Positions 27,796 through 37,280 of a stretch of 41,234 bases of DNA are shown here, piece after piece; position 1 is the stretch's first letter; each line of letters opens with the position of its first letter. Where the stretch lies: the IMG/VR virus record IMGVR_UViG_3300031836_000027, positions 1 through 41,234 of that record; one strand, 5' to 3'. The DNA is from a virus (taxonomy: Duplodnaviria > Caudoviricetes). The notes under the pieces were generated by a model that saw only the letters and a program-made list of their open reading frames with translations, was not told where the DNA came from and made no database searches. The position numbers were made by a program, and so were the translations under genes.

Positions 27796-28537
27796 TCTTA
27801 TCTGCTACTATTTCAGCATCAACTATTGGTGTAGTATCTTTTTTTTCTTTTTTATCTGGAATATCTGTTTTAATATCTTCTGGAATATTTATTTCTTCTT
27901 TATTAGCTTCATTTTTTATTTCTTCTTTAATTTCCTGTTTAATATTTATAATTTTATCTTCATCAATTCCAAGTTCCTCTTTGGCATATAGAGAACCTAT
28001 TTCGCTAGGGAATGACTCTCTAAGGGCTTGTACTAGTGCTACCTTACGAATCATTGTGCTAGGCATAGTTTTCCATGTAGCTTGGCTCTTGCTATATTCA
28101 GCTATAGCTACTTTTGCAACTATTGGATATATCTTACCCTCTACAGAAACCTCTGCCCATCCACCGACTAAAACGTCTGTTTGGAGTTTAAAACAGCCTT
28201 CTAGTTCTAGTATTTCTTTTTCTCTTGCAACGATTATCCCGGCTTTATGACCTTTGTATCTTGGGCTTTCCTCTGCTTTTCTCATGAGAGCTTCTTTACC
28301 TACAACCATTTGGGCTTCATCGCCGAATTTAACTAAATATGCTTCATTTAAAAATGGATTTAGTTTTCTATATTTGCATAGATTCATGAAAACCACTACT
28401 TCTCTATCTGACAATTGTTTGTTTCCTCTAGCTATAAAAGTCTTCACTATATTGGCAGTAAGTTTTACTTCCTCTTCACCAACTGTATATACCATTTCTT
28501 TTTCTAATAATGTTATTGCACTACTTTTTTCACTCAT
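27773..28537 (-). CDS. bet: Bet/RecT-family single-strand annealing protein
   Basis: LNPFLNEAYLVKF, GGWAEV, W..MPSTMIRKVALVQALRESFP. Confidence 0.88.
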   Translation of the reverse strand: MSEKSSAITLLEKEMVYTVGEEEVKLTANIVKTFIARGNKQLSDREVVVFMNLCKYRKLNPFLNEAYLVKFGDEAQMVVGKEALMRKAEESPRYKGHKAGIIVAREKEILELEGCFKLQTDVLVGGWAEVSVEGKIYPIVAKVAIAEYSKSQATWKTMPSTMIRKVALVQALRESFPSEIGSLYAKEELGIDEDKIINIKQEIKEEIKNEANKEEINIPEDIKTDIPDKKEKKDTTPIVDAEIVADKSESDDPY

Positions 28538-28825
28538 TTATATTACCTCGCTTTCTGATTTATAGATATTACATTCATATACATTGTCATTCCCAAGTCC
28601 ATGCCCAAATTTGAAATCTACTCCCTCTTCACTTGCCATACACGATGGAATCTCAAATTTACAAGTATTACATAAATTTATTTCTTTACCTTTCGTTTGT
28701 GCTTTATTGCTTTCAATTTCTTTTTTATCAAATCTGCCACATTGATTGCAATGAACACAGATTTCTCCGAAGCTTTCCATTGGATTTTTACAGTTATCTA
28801 ACGCTCCATATTCTACAAATACCAT
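28538..28825 (-). CDS. Cys-rich hypothetical protein
   Basis: RBS GAGGAGG; CVHCNQC. Confidence 0.65.
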   Translation of the reverse strand: MVFVEYGALDNCKNPMESFGEICVHCNQCGRFDKKEIESNKAQTKGKEINLCNTCKFEIPSCMASEEGVDFKFGHGLGNDNVYECNIYKSESEVI

Positions 28826-28838
28826 TTATATATCCTCC

Positions 28839-29456
28839 TCAAATTTTATTGATTGGAATAGTTAGTGCTTCTGATATAGTCCAACCTCTGCTTAATCTAG
28901 ATCTTATCGATTCAGGGTTAAAATTTAATTTGTCTGCCCATTCCGTTACCGTGTTACTTTCGCCTTTGTAATTAAGTACTATATTATTGGTTTTATTATT
29001 AGACTGAACTTTTTGAGTTGCCCATCTACAATTTAAAGGCTCATAATTACCATTTACATTTTTTCTATCTATAGTCAATAAATCGTTATATCCATTTTTT
29101 ATAGCCCAATCGTGGAATCTTTTAAAATCACCAATCCATTCTTTACAAATCTTTATACCTCTGCCGCCATATTTGGAATAATCTTTATTGTTTTTATTCA
29201 TGCACCTTCTTTTAATACCTGACCAAATTGTGTATAACCTCATTACTTTCCCATTAATTCTGCCAGCTAGCCCATGTGTTGTAGCAAGACATCCGCAGCT
29301 CTTAGTACTTTCACTAGTCAGCTTGCTTATCACTACAGTGGTTATATTTCCACATTCACATCTACACAACCACAATGACTTTCTATGTTTATTTATTCCT
29401 ACATGTTCTATAGCGGTTAGTTTACCGAACTTTTTACCAATTATGTCCTTATACAT
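28839..29456 (-). CDS. Free-standing HNH-type homing endonuclease
   Basis: GKKFGKLT..WLCRCECGN..KSCGC, YGGRGIKIC, TIDRKNVNGNYEPLNCRWAT. Confidence 0.85.
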   Translation of the reverse strand: MYKDIIGKKFGKLTAIEHVGINKHRKSLWLCRCECGNITTVVISKLTSESTKSCGCLATTHGLAGRINGKVMRLYTIWSGIKRRCMNKNNKDYSKYGGRGIKICKEWIGDFKRFHDWAIKNGYNDLLTIDRKNVNGNYEPLNCRWATQKVQSNNKTNNIVLNYKGESNTVTEWADKLNFNPESIRSRLSRGWTISEALTIPINKI

Positions 29457-31396
29457 TAGAGATCACTATTTTCTATCTTTAATTTTTTATCTTTACTAAC
29501 AACAAGTCTTATAATTTGGCTTTCTACTGGAATTAATCTATTTACGCTCTCAGCGTTATCGACGAATATAGGAGCATTAACACCGTAATGGCTACATAAT
29601 GTATTAATTATGTCTAACCCACAATTTACTCTTGCAGCATTATTTAAGTTACTGCCATATGGGACTCCTTCAAAACAAGGTTCACAAACTTCTTCCAAGC
29701 CTCCATTTATTTGGTTTCTAAACATTTTAAAGGTTACATATTTGAATTTAGAATTAACTGTTTCTTCTAATAGTTGTACTTTAGTTCTTATAAAGTCTTC
29801 AGATAATATTTCTAGCCCCTCTAATTCTGCTATTTTCTCACTTGCATTTATTTCTTCATCTTTTAAAATTTCAATTCTTTTTAAAGTTTTTTCATTAGCA
29901 TCTTTGAATGCAAGTTGGTTTTCTACTTCTTTTAATGAAGTGTTTAGTTCTGTTTTTTTAGCGGTTAGTTCTGTAGTATCTGCTACTTTATAATCTTTAA
30001 TTTTATTTTCTAGAGTCTCAATCTCTGTTTTAATAATTTTTGTTTCAGGAGTTACGCCCACTGGTGTAGTTTTAAGTGTTTCTAATTCTTCTTTTTTTAC
30101 ATCTAATGATTTTTGTATTAATGCTAGAGCTCCTTTTTGTTCTTCTGTTTTAACATCTAAGTCAATGATCTGTTTATTAATTGTCTCAATTTCTAAATTA
30201 GTGGCTTTTCCATCAGCAATATTTTCTTTTGTTCTTCTAGCTTTATCTGTATTGAAGTTACCTTCTAACTCTGCTCTTTTAGCTTCTACATCATCAGTTT
30301 CAAATTTTCTTAGACAGGTTGGACACTTACAGCTTTCTTCGTCAAATTCAAATTTAGATTCCTTTATAGCTTTATATTTTTCCAATAGACTATTCCTTTT
30401 ATATTGGAGCTCACTATCTATTTTGCTTTTCTTTCTATGAATGGATTCTTTATGTTCATCCAGAACAACATTCAGGTGTCTTATACTAGTTTCTTTCGTT
30501 CTTATATCGCTTTCTAGTATCTCTCTAGGCTTATTAAGATTAGCTTTTATCTTATATTCAAGGTCCAATAATGCAGATTCTTTTTCTCTTAATTCAGATT
30601 TTAAAGTATATAGGCCTTCATTATCTTTACTTTTATCCTGCAACTGTTCTTCAATACTTTTTATTCCTGCATCAGTGCTTCGCTTTTGTATATCAAGTGC
30701 CTCAAATTCAAACTCCTGTATGCTCTTAGTAGCTTCATCAATCCTAACTGGTAGTTTTGCTCTATCTACTTTCAACTTATTAACCTTGTCCCTTGTCATC
30801 TTCTTAAAATCATTTAGGGTATGTTCTGTTAAATGTTTTCTTAATGGCTCAAGTTCTTTTTTTGCATCTAATACAGCCATATTATCTAGATCACCGACTA
30901 TTGCTGTAATAATTTCCATTCTCTTTTTCTTTTCTAAACTTGAAAAATAAGTTGGGCTTGTAATTAATTTAAAGGCATCTTCATTCAGCAAACTTCCTAT
31001 ATAGTTTTTAAACTCTGTAACTTTATGAGGAACTTCATTAACATAATACTCACTCTCATAGCCTTTGAAATCTATTTTTGATGTACCCCTAACCTTTGTG
31101 TATTTTTCCTTATAAATTCTCTTTAATGCTATCTCCTTACCATCTACAATCAATGTAGCTTCTATAACAGTTTCTAAATTATGGATAGGATTATCATCTG
31201 CATCTAAAGGCTGCGCATCAAATTTGCTATTATCCTTACTATCCTTATCAAATAATAAAAATGTGAACGCATCCTGGATGCTTGTTTTCCCAAGTCCATT
31301 TTCTCCACTAATGTTAGTTACTTTGCCGAAATCAATTGATAAATCTTTTATACCTTTGAAATTTATTATTTTTATATCCTTAAGTTCAATATTCAA
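29456..31396 (-). CDS. SMC/SbcC-like AAA ATPase
   Basis: NFKG, GENGLGKT, coiled coils, CPTC hook, FVDNAE. Confidence 0.88.
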   Translation of the reverse strand: MNIELKDIKIINFKGIKDLSIDFGKVTNISGENGLGKTSIQDAFTFLLFDKDSKDNSKFDAQPLDADDNPIHNLETVIEATLIVDGKEIALKRIYKEKYTKVRGTSKIDFKGYESEYYVNEVPHKVTEFKNYIGSLLNEDAFKLITSPTYFSSLEKKKRMEIITAIVGDLDNMAVLDAKKELEPLRKHLTEHTLNDFKKMTRDKVNKLKVDRAKLPVRIDEATKSIQEFEFEALDIQKRSTDAGIKSIEEQLQDKSKDNEGLYTLKSELREKESALLDLEYKIKANLNKPREILESDIRTKETSIRHLNVVLDEHKESIHRKKSKIDSELQYKRNSLLEKYKAIKESKFEFDEESCKCPTCLRKFETDDVEAKRAELEGNFNTDKARRTKENIADGKATNLEIETINKQIIDLDVKTEEQKGALALIQKSLDVKKEELETLKTTPVGVTPETKIIKTEIETLENKIKDYKVADTTELTAKKTELNTSLKEVENQLAFKDANEKTLKRIEILKDEEINASEKIAELEGLEILSEDFIRTKVQLLEETVNSKFKYVTFKMFRNQINGGLEEVCEPCFEGVPYGSNLNNAARVNCGLDIINTLCSHYGVNAPIFVDNAESVNRLIPVESQIIRLVVSKDKKLKIENSDL

Positions 31397-31416
31397 TTTT
31401 ACTAACCTCCGATATA

Positions 31417-31668
31417 TTATTTATTTTGGTCTTTTAAATCTTTTAAACATTTTTTACAGATCCATTTACCTTTAAAATTAACAAGGTGGTTATCATTTTC
31501 GCCACAAAATAAGCAATCTGGCGCATATTTTTTAAGAATTATGGTTTCGCCCTCAGTGTAAATTTCCATTGGAGTATTTTCTGGAATATCTAAAACTTTC
31601 CTTAATTCCATTGGTAACACAATCCTTCCTAAGTTATCCACTCGTCTTGCTATTCCACAATTTCCCAT
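31417..31668 (-). CDS. AbrB/SpoVT-family regulator
   Basis: GIARRVDNLGRIVLPMELR...ILKKY..C.FCG. Confidence 0.92.
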   Translation of the reverse strand: MGNCGIARRVDNLGRIVLPMELRKVLDIPENTPMEIYTEGETIILKKYAPDCLFCGENDNHLVNFKGKWICKKCLKDLKDQNK

Positions 31669-31832
31669 TATTTGTTTCCCCCTTTATTTTTTTCTTTTAG
31701 AGCCTCAACAATAATTTTTATAGAATCATCAATGTATTCATCTGCTGAATTCGGTCCATCTATAGACCTTAAATTCTGTAATACTCCCTCTAATACATAT
31801 TTGTATTTTTCTTCCATCTGTACAACCTCCAA

Positions 31833-32321
31833 TTATTTATTAATCCTGTATCCAGTGTGGTCCTTTAAGTTTTCATTTTTATCTTTTAATATAGTACAAG
31901 TTTCCTGCCACATTTTATTGTCTCTCTGAAACATCTTTATCGCATTATTACTTATTTCACGTTGTTTTTGATAATCATTTACATCATGTTGAAGTTGACG
32001 AATTTCTGCCTTTAATTTAGTAACATTTTCAAACCCAACTTTTACTATTTTATTTTTATATTCCTCTGTGCTGGATAATTCACTCCTAAGCTTTTTGCAA
32101 TCCTCAATTAATCCAACTATTCTTTTTGCATAGATGCTTTCGTCTGTTACTTCACCCTCATTTAAATCTTCTACAAAGCCTTGCAAACCAAACAATCCAT
32201 TGTTAGATGTTTCTAATACTGTTACTGCAGTCTCTTCATTTTCAAATTTCTCAAGCCTTACCGAGTTGTCTATTCCTGCATTTATGAGTGCTATGATATA
32301 AGCTAATATTTGTTTTTTCAT
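31833..32321 (-). CDS. Coiled-coil hypothetical protein
   Basis: RBS GAGG; operon orientation. Confidence 0.65.
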   Translation of the reverse strand: MKKQILAYIIALINAGIDNSVRLEKFENEETAVTVLETSNNGLFGLQGFVEDLNEGEVTDESIYAKRIVGLIEDCKKLRSELSSTEEYKNKIVKVGFENVTKLKAEIRQLQHDVNDYQKQREISNNAIKMFQRDNKMWQETCTILKDKNENLKDHTGYRINK

Positions 32322-32342
32322 TATTTATAACCTCGCTTTCTG

Positions 32343-32399
32343 TGGTATAATATATTTAAGTTTATTTTCCTGAGGACCTTCGCCAAAAGGTCCTTTTTT
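32343..32399 (+). ncRNA. Putative short antisense transcript
   Basis: TGGTATAAT followed about 20 nt later by AGGACCTT/AAGGTCCT stem and U-run. Confidence 0.45.
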
Positions 32400-32495
32400 A
32401 TTTGCAATACCTGCTCCAATTCAACAAACCCTCTTTAGTTGCTACTACGCCATGTTTTTTACAAAATTGTATATAGCTTTTATAACTTTTAAGTT

Positions 32496-32777
32496 TCATT
32501 TCGCCACCCTCTGTAATCCGTATTTATTTAGATAAGTATTTAATGTTTTGATATTGCACCCTAGATTTTTCGCTATTTTGTTTTTAGTCAAGTCAGTATT
32601 TATTAATTCCTCTAATGTTCCCTTTTTAAATCCTAACCCTGCTTTGCTTACCCTATAAAATTTAAGCCATCTATCAATTGTTGTCGTGCCTACAAAATAC
32701 CTTTCAGCTAATTCTTTTATTGTCACTCTTTTCTCGCATAATTTTACAAGTTCATCCTTGCCAGGCATATCTAACAT
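32496..32777 (-). CDS. Tandem HTH protein
   Basis: IKELAERYFVGTTTIDRW; KNKIAKNLGCNIKTL. Confidence 0.7.
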   Translation of the reverse strand: MLDMPGKDELVKLCEKRVTIKELAERYFVGTTTIDRWLKFYRVSKAGLGFKKGTLEELINTDLTKNKIAKNLGCNIKTLNTYLNKYGLQRVAK

Positions 32778-32953
32778 AACTTCCTATTCTCCTTTATAAT
32801 TTGTCTTGCTACTCGCCTTAGAATTATTTTAAATTCGCATTCATTGCATATTCTAGTTTTATTTGCTCTCTTAAACTTTCTAGCTTGTTTAATAGTGGAA
32901 ACTTTCATTTTGTAGTTTTTATGACATTTCACACATTTAATTTTAACTTTCAT
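32771..32953 (-). CDS. Basic zinc-ribbon hypothetical protein
   Basis: CVKC...CNEC. Confidence 0.6.
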   Translation of the reverse strand: MKVKIKCVKCHKNYKMKVSTIKQARKFKRANKTRICNECEFKIILRRVARQIIKENRKLC

Positions 32954-33241
32954 TATTTTGTACCTAGTGGTTTCTTTGGTTGTTTCATTAGCCTGTCCAT
33001 TAATCCATTAGCTTCTTTATAACTTTTTGCTATTGCCCTTGAAAGCCTTAATTCTGCTGCTAACCTTGTTAATTTATCCATTATTACTTACCTCCAGTAT
33101 TTTATTTTTACTAGTCGCTAAGAAGTGGTTGTCATGTTTGTTTTTACTAAATTGGACCTCTCCACATTTACTACAAGGCGCTTCAACTGCGGTCTTATCA
33201 GCATGAATACATTGTTTGCACCTAGTTTTTGCTCCTGTCAT

Positions 33242-33829
33242 TCAACTCACCTCTTTTAAAATTATTTTCAGTTTTGCTTTTGCTCTGGATAATCGTCTAC
33301 TTATTTGAACTTGACTACAACCACATATTTCACCTATTTGTTCCTGTGATAGTCCATTGAAAAGTTGAAGTTTTATTGCTTGGCTATCTTTTTTATTAAG
33401 TTTACTTAATGCTTCATCTACAAAAATACTAGTTGAATCATCTACTGAACTAATAGTGTGACCAAGTGTGATGTCTTCGTTATCACTGGCGTAGATAACT
33501 GTATCTAAACTGTCACAATATACAACTTTCTTTAATGCTAAATCTCTTCTTTGAGTTCTTATAGTATGTTCAAAATCTCTACAATGCCTTAAAATCATTC
33601 CATGTGCAACCGCTGCAAAGTAAGTAGAGAATAGCGCTTTATTTAAATCTAAATTTTTCAATGAGTGTGCAAAAGCTTGATTAATAATTACTAAAACCTC
33701 TTCTTGATCCATATTCATACGTTTATATTTACTAGCTACAAAATAAACTAGTTTTATATTAGCCTCATAGTAATCATCTCCAGCTCTTTTATTACCATTT
33801 TTAAATTGTTGGATAAGTTCCTCTTGCAT
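33242..33829 (-). CDS. Phage-encoded sigma-70-family sigma factor
   Basis: NIKLVYFVASKY, FSTYF, SLD, SQEQIGEICGCSQVQISR. Confidence 0.85.
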   Translation of the reverse strand: MQEELIQQFKNGNKRAGDDYYEANIKLVYFVASKYKRMNMDQEEVLVIINQAFAHSLKNLDLNKALFSTYFAAVAHGMILRHCRDFEHTIRTQRRDLALKKVVYCDSLDTVIYASDNEDITLGHTISSVDDSTSIFVDEALSKLNKKDSQAIKLQLFNGLSQEQIGEICGCSQVQISRRLSRAKAKLKIILKEVS

Positions 33830-33994
33830 GATTTCCGCCCCCTAAATTTTATTTTATTGTCTTGTTAAAGCATTGCGCTTTATTGGTATATTTTAGAAAT
33901 GAATTGAATAATATATTTTAAGAAGTGTTTTGTTTTTTAGAGTTAAAACTATTTTTTAATAGGCTTCTCAGCCTATTTGGAATAATATGATTCC

Positions 33995-34177
33995 TTACAA
34001 ATGCTGTTCTGAAATCTGATAATTAACATCTACATCAATTGTATTTGTACCTTCTTTAATATCTTCAATTAGTTTAATTGCTTCTAACATAGTTCCCTTT
34101 ACAGACACAAACCTACGAGTATTGTCTGGATTTTCTGCTGTTATTACGTAAACTGTTTTCATTTTATACCTCCTCAT
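33995..34177 (-). CDS. Hypothetical protein
   Basis: Operon orientation; true start probably the second Met after GAGGAGG. Confidence 0.6.
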   Translation of the reverse strand: MRRYKMKTVYVITAENPDNTRRFVSVKGTMLEAIKLIEDIKEGTNTIDVDVNYQISEQHL

Positions 34178-34404
34178 ATTTGCCTATGCTCTGCACTTAT
34201 TTTTTTAAGCCAATCATTGAGCATTTCTCTATTTATGCACCACTTGTTGCCATTTTTAAAACATGGAAAATCTTTAGTGTGAACTAACTGTCTAACTTTG
34301 TCCTCACCTATATCTGCGTAAATAGCTGCTTCGTTTATGGATAATGTCGTTTTTATGTGTATAATGGTTAAACTTTCACTGGTCATTTGAGTTATTTTTG
34401 GCAT
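34174..34404 (-). CDS. Excisionase-like HTH protein
   Basis: LSINEAAIYADIG...FPCFKNGNKWCINR. Confidence 0.8.
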   Translation of the reverse strand: MPKITQMTSESLTIIHIKTTLSINEAAIYADIGEDKVRQLVHTKDFPCFKNGNKWCINREMLNDWLKKISAEHRQI

Positions 34405-34479
34405 TCGGGTGCCTCCTTATAAAATAAAGGTATTTGTAATATTTTGTTGAATATACCACTTTGAAAGGTGGTGATAATT

Positions 34480-34707
34480 ATGTTTCCCAGTATTGAAGGT
34501 TATTTAAATTATCAAATTTTCCAATCCACAAAATTCAACAAACCCAAAGTTCAAGAAAATATCAATGACTTTGTTACAGTTGGATGGGATATTATCGGTG
34601 TTCTACATTTGAAGGAGGTTGAATTCACTCAACTCGGTTGGTTATCTTCAAAAGGTAATGCTATTTATCCAGTAGGATTTGAACCAAATGGTAATCTTGA
34701 ATCTTGA
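34480..34707 (+). CDS. Small hypothetical protein opposing the early operon
   Basis: Strong RBS AAAGGTGGTG before ATG 34480. Confidence 0.65.
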   Translation: MFPSIEGYLNYQIFQSTKFNKPKVQENINDFVTVGWDIIGVLHLKEVEFTQLGWLSSKGNAIYPVGFEPNGNLES

Positions 34708-34918
34708 TTTGTAAAACATTCTCTGTATTGCTAGACTTATTAAATTCAGGTCCAAACATATAAATAGATTGATTATTTTCTATTAACCTTTTATACAAAC
34801 TTTCATCATTTGTTAAAAATATCTTTGATGGACTATCTATTAAATATTCAAAAGTAATTTTAGGTTGCTCTTGAACTGGTACTTCTTGAGCAGTCTCTTC
34901 TTTGTTTAAATTATCCAT
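34661..34918 (-). CDS. Hypothetical protein
   Basis: RBS AAGGAGG. Confidence 0.55.
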   Translation of the reverse strand: MDNLNKEETAQEVPVQEQPKITFEYLIDSPSKIFLTNDESLYKRLIENNQSIYMFGPEFNKSSNTENVLQIKIQDYHLVQILLDK

Positions 34919-34932
34919 TTGTTAATTCCTCC

Positions 34933-35961
34933 TTATCTCAATGTTCCTTGAAGTTCTTCAAGTAGTCTTATACTTTCTAATACTCGCTTATCTAACTTTT
35001 CTTTTTCTTCATAAAGACTATAAGCTTTAGACGAAAGCTCAACTTCCATTTCTTTTCTTAATTCCTTACTGAAATTATTAAAATAACTGTTTGTGAACTT
35101 AGGGGTATTTGCTACATAGCCACCAGTTTTATTGATTGAAGGAAGTACCGTTCCAGTAACCCATTTTCTAAAGGGTTTTACTTTATCGGTTTTAGTTTCT
35201 AACATAAAATCATAAAGCATTTCTTCTGTTAAATATGGTTGTACACTGTGTACAACTGGCTTGATATCAGCATTTTTTATTGTTTTATCAATTCTTATTT
35301 TATGAGGATACTTTATACCCTTTGAAACTGTTTCATATCCTAATGCCATGCCCGTAGAGTAAAGTTCAAATAGCTTTTCCCCATTTACTTCAATGATTTC
35401 TACCTTGTGGCCCTCAAAAATGCTTAAACTATTTTGGTTTGATTTTTCTTCTTTGTTAAAATCAATAGTTTGCTGAATTTCATCTTCATGTGTAACTTTT
35501 AATTCTTTTAAAAGAGTTTCCACTTTAGATTGATTTCTACTTTTAGTGCTATATTCTTTAATGCCCTCATATGAAATTAAAAGTATTCCAAACTGATTTG
35601 AGAAGAAACCGAATCCTCTTGCTTCATCTGTATTTATCTTTGACACATATTTAGTGTCTATAGCTTTAACGATTGAATATGAATCCTTAACACCTAAGGC
35701 TTTTGTTAAATCAACAAGAACATACTTGCTATCATTTTTAATCATTCTTATTTTACCTAAGCTTGTCTCAAAGACTTGTACTTTACTGTGGTCACACTGG
35801 AAATAATCTCTGCAACGTATATTATTTAAATCTTTGCTCGAAATTCTTATTACTCTTCCTATTCTTTCTACTTTCTTAAGCTCTCCTCTTTTGATTAGTT
35901 CGTAAACATGAGCTCCACTAACTCTTAATTTCTTAGCAACTTCCTTAACCGTGTAATTCAT
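34933..35961 (-). CDS. Antirepressor-like protein (excisionase-type HTH plus BRO-like domains)
   Basis: YTVKEVAKKL; FRKWVTGTVLPSINKTGGY. Confidence 0.8.
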   Translation of the reverse strand: MNYTVKEVAKKLRVSGAHVYELIKRGELKKVERIGRVIRISSKDLNNIRCRDYFQCDHSKVQVFETSLGKIRMIKNDSKYVLVDLTKALGVKDSYSIVKAIDTKYVSKINTDEARGFGFFSNQFGILLISYEGIKEYSTKSRNQSKVETLLKELKVTHEDEIQQTIDFNKEEKSNQNSLSIFEGHKVEIIEVNGEKLFELYSTGMALGYETVSKGIKYPHKIRIDKTIKNADIKPVVHSVQPYLTEEMLYDFMLETKTDKVKPFRKWVTGTVLPSINKTGGYVANTPKFTNSYFNNFSKELRKEMEVELSSKAYSLYEEKEKLDKRVLESIRLLEELQGTLR

Positions 35962-36175
35962 TTAATAATCCCTCCTTTTTAATATCTTCTGGGAAAAATA
36001 CAGTTTGTACACTTTCTTTCAACGCATCAGAAATCTTTTGCATTACTTCTTTAGATGGATTGGTTCTATTATCATTTTCTAAATTTGAAATATAGCTCGC
36101 AGTTAATCCTGATAATTCTGCGATCTTGTAAGTTGATAAACTAAGGTTATTTCTGTAAAATTTAATTTTATTCAA
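35945..36175 (-). CDS. Cro-like XRE HTH regulator
   Basis: TTG at 36175 after AGGGGGGTG; IAELSGLTASYISNLEN. Confidence 0.85.
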   Translation of the reverse strand: MNKIKFYRNNLSLSTYKIAELSGLTASYISNLENDNRTNPSKEVMQKISDALKESVQTVFFPEDIKKEGLLNELHG

Positions 36176-36194
36176 TTTTTTCACCCCCCTTGCT

Positions 36195-36367
36195 GTGTTC
36201 CATGAGCATACAATATCATATTCTTCGAGAATATGTAAAACGCTATATATTCCCATAGCACTTGATTGCAGTAAATTATCATGTTCTAGGGGAATATTGC
36301 TCAATATTTCATATATTTACTATTGACTTCATGTTCTGTTAGGATATAATATATTCTATTAGAATAT
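36195..36367. promoter_or_regulatory. Genetic switch: up to six 17-bp operators and divergent promoters
   Basis: ATRTTCY-N3-RGAATAT-like sites at 36195, 36218, 36247, 36281, 36331 and 36351; TTGACT-16-TATAAT at 36323-36350. Confidence 0.82.
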
Positions 36368-36387
36368 ATTTATGGAGGAAGTAAAAA

Positions 36388-36792
36388 ATGATAGGTGATA
36401 ACATTAAAAAAATAAGGGAATCAAAGAGTATTGGGGTAAATGAACTGGCTAGAATAGCCAATGTTAATGCAAGCTATATTAGCGCAATAGAAAGAAATGA
36501 AAAAAACAATCCATCTATTAAGATACTTAACAAAATTGCATCATCTCTTGGTGTTTCAATGGATGATTTTTTTAAAGAAGTTCAAGCCAAAGAAACTGTA
36601 ATAAGTAATGCTAAAAAAACAGTTCCTACTGAATTTATAAATGCAAATGAAGCAAGAGCTTATGTAAATATGCATCAGATTTTTGGCGCTCATGGCTTTA
36701 ATGCAAATAAATTAGATGATAATGAGATATTGGAATTCGCAAACGAATTGTTAAAACAAATGGAAATGGTAAGTTTTAAATATAAAAAGTAG
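36388..36792 (+). CDS. CI/ImmR-like repressor (XRE HTH)
   Basis: ELARIANVNASYISAIER; divergent from the Cro-like gene. Confidence 0.88.
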   Translation: MIGDNIKKIRESKSIGVNELARIANVNASYISAIERNEKNNPSIKILNKIASSLGVSMDDFFKEVQAKETVISNAKKTVPTEFINANEARAYVNMHQIFGAHGFNANKLDDNEILEFANELLKQMEMVSFKYKK

Positions 36793-36800
36793 GTGATGCA

Positions 36801-37253
36801 ATGGATTGGATTGACAATATTATTTTAGGCCTAATTGACATTTATGGAACTAATAATTCTAATGAACTATGTGATTCATTAGATATAGAAATAATTAAAA
36901 CAGACCCTACTAACATTATTGTAAGAGAAAATCCTAGCCTATATATAAGGGATTATGGGGGAAAAGAAATTATTTTTATTAGAAATGATATGAGTGAGCA
37001 CTATGAAGATTTTTATATAAAACATGAATTAGGTCATGCCATTTTGCATACTCATTTAAGTACTTCTTTGAATGAAAATTTAATTAATAAAGATAAATTA
37101 GAAAAACAAGCTAATTATTTTGCATTTAGATTAAGTAATATAAATTTTGATGCAATTGAATTATATGAAATGACAATAGAGCAAATAGCTAGTTGTTTAG
37201 AAGTACCTGAGAGTGCTTTAAAGCAACTGGTAAATTTTTTAGGACTATTATAA
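36801..37253 (+). CDS. ImmA/IrrE-family metallopeptidase
   Basis: HELGH and EKQANYFA. Confidence 0.9.
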   Translation: MDWIDNIILGLIDIYGTNNSNELCDSLDIEIIKTDPTNIIVRENPSLYIRDYGGKEIIFIRNDMSEHYEDFYIKHELGHAILHTHLSTSLNENLINKDKLEKQANYFAFRLSNINFDAIELYEMTIEQIASCLEVPESALKQLVNFLGLL

Positions 37254-37280
37254 ACCAACTGGTTGAAAAGGAGGCATACC

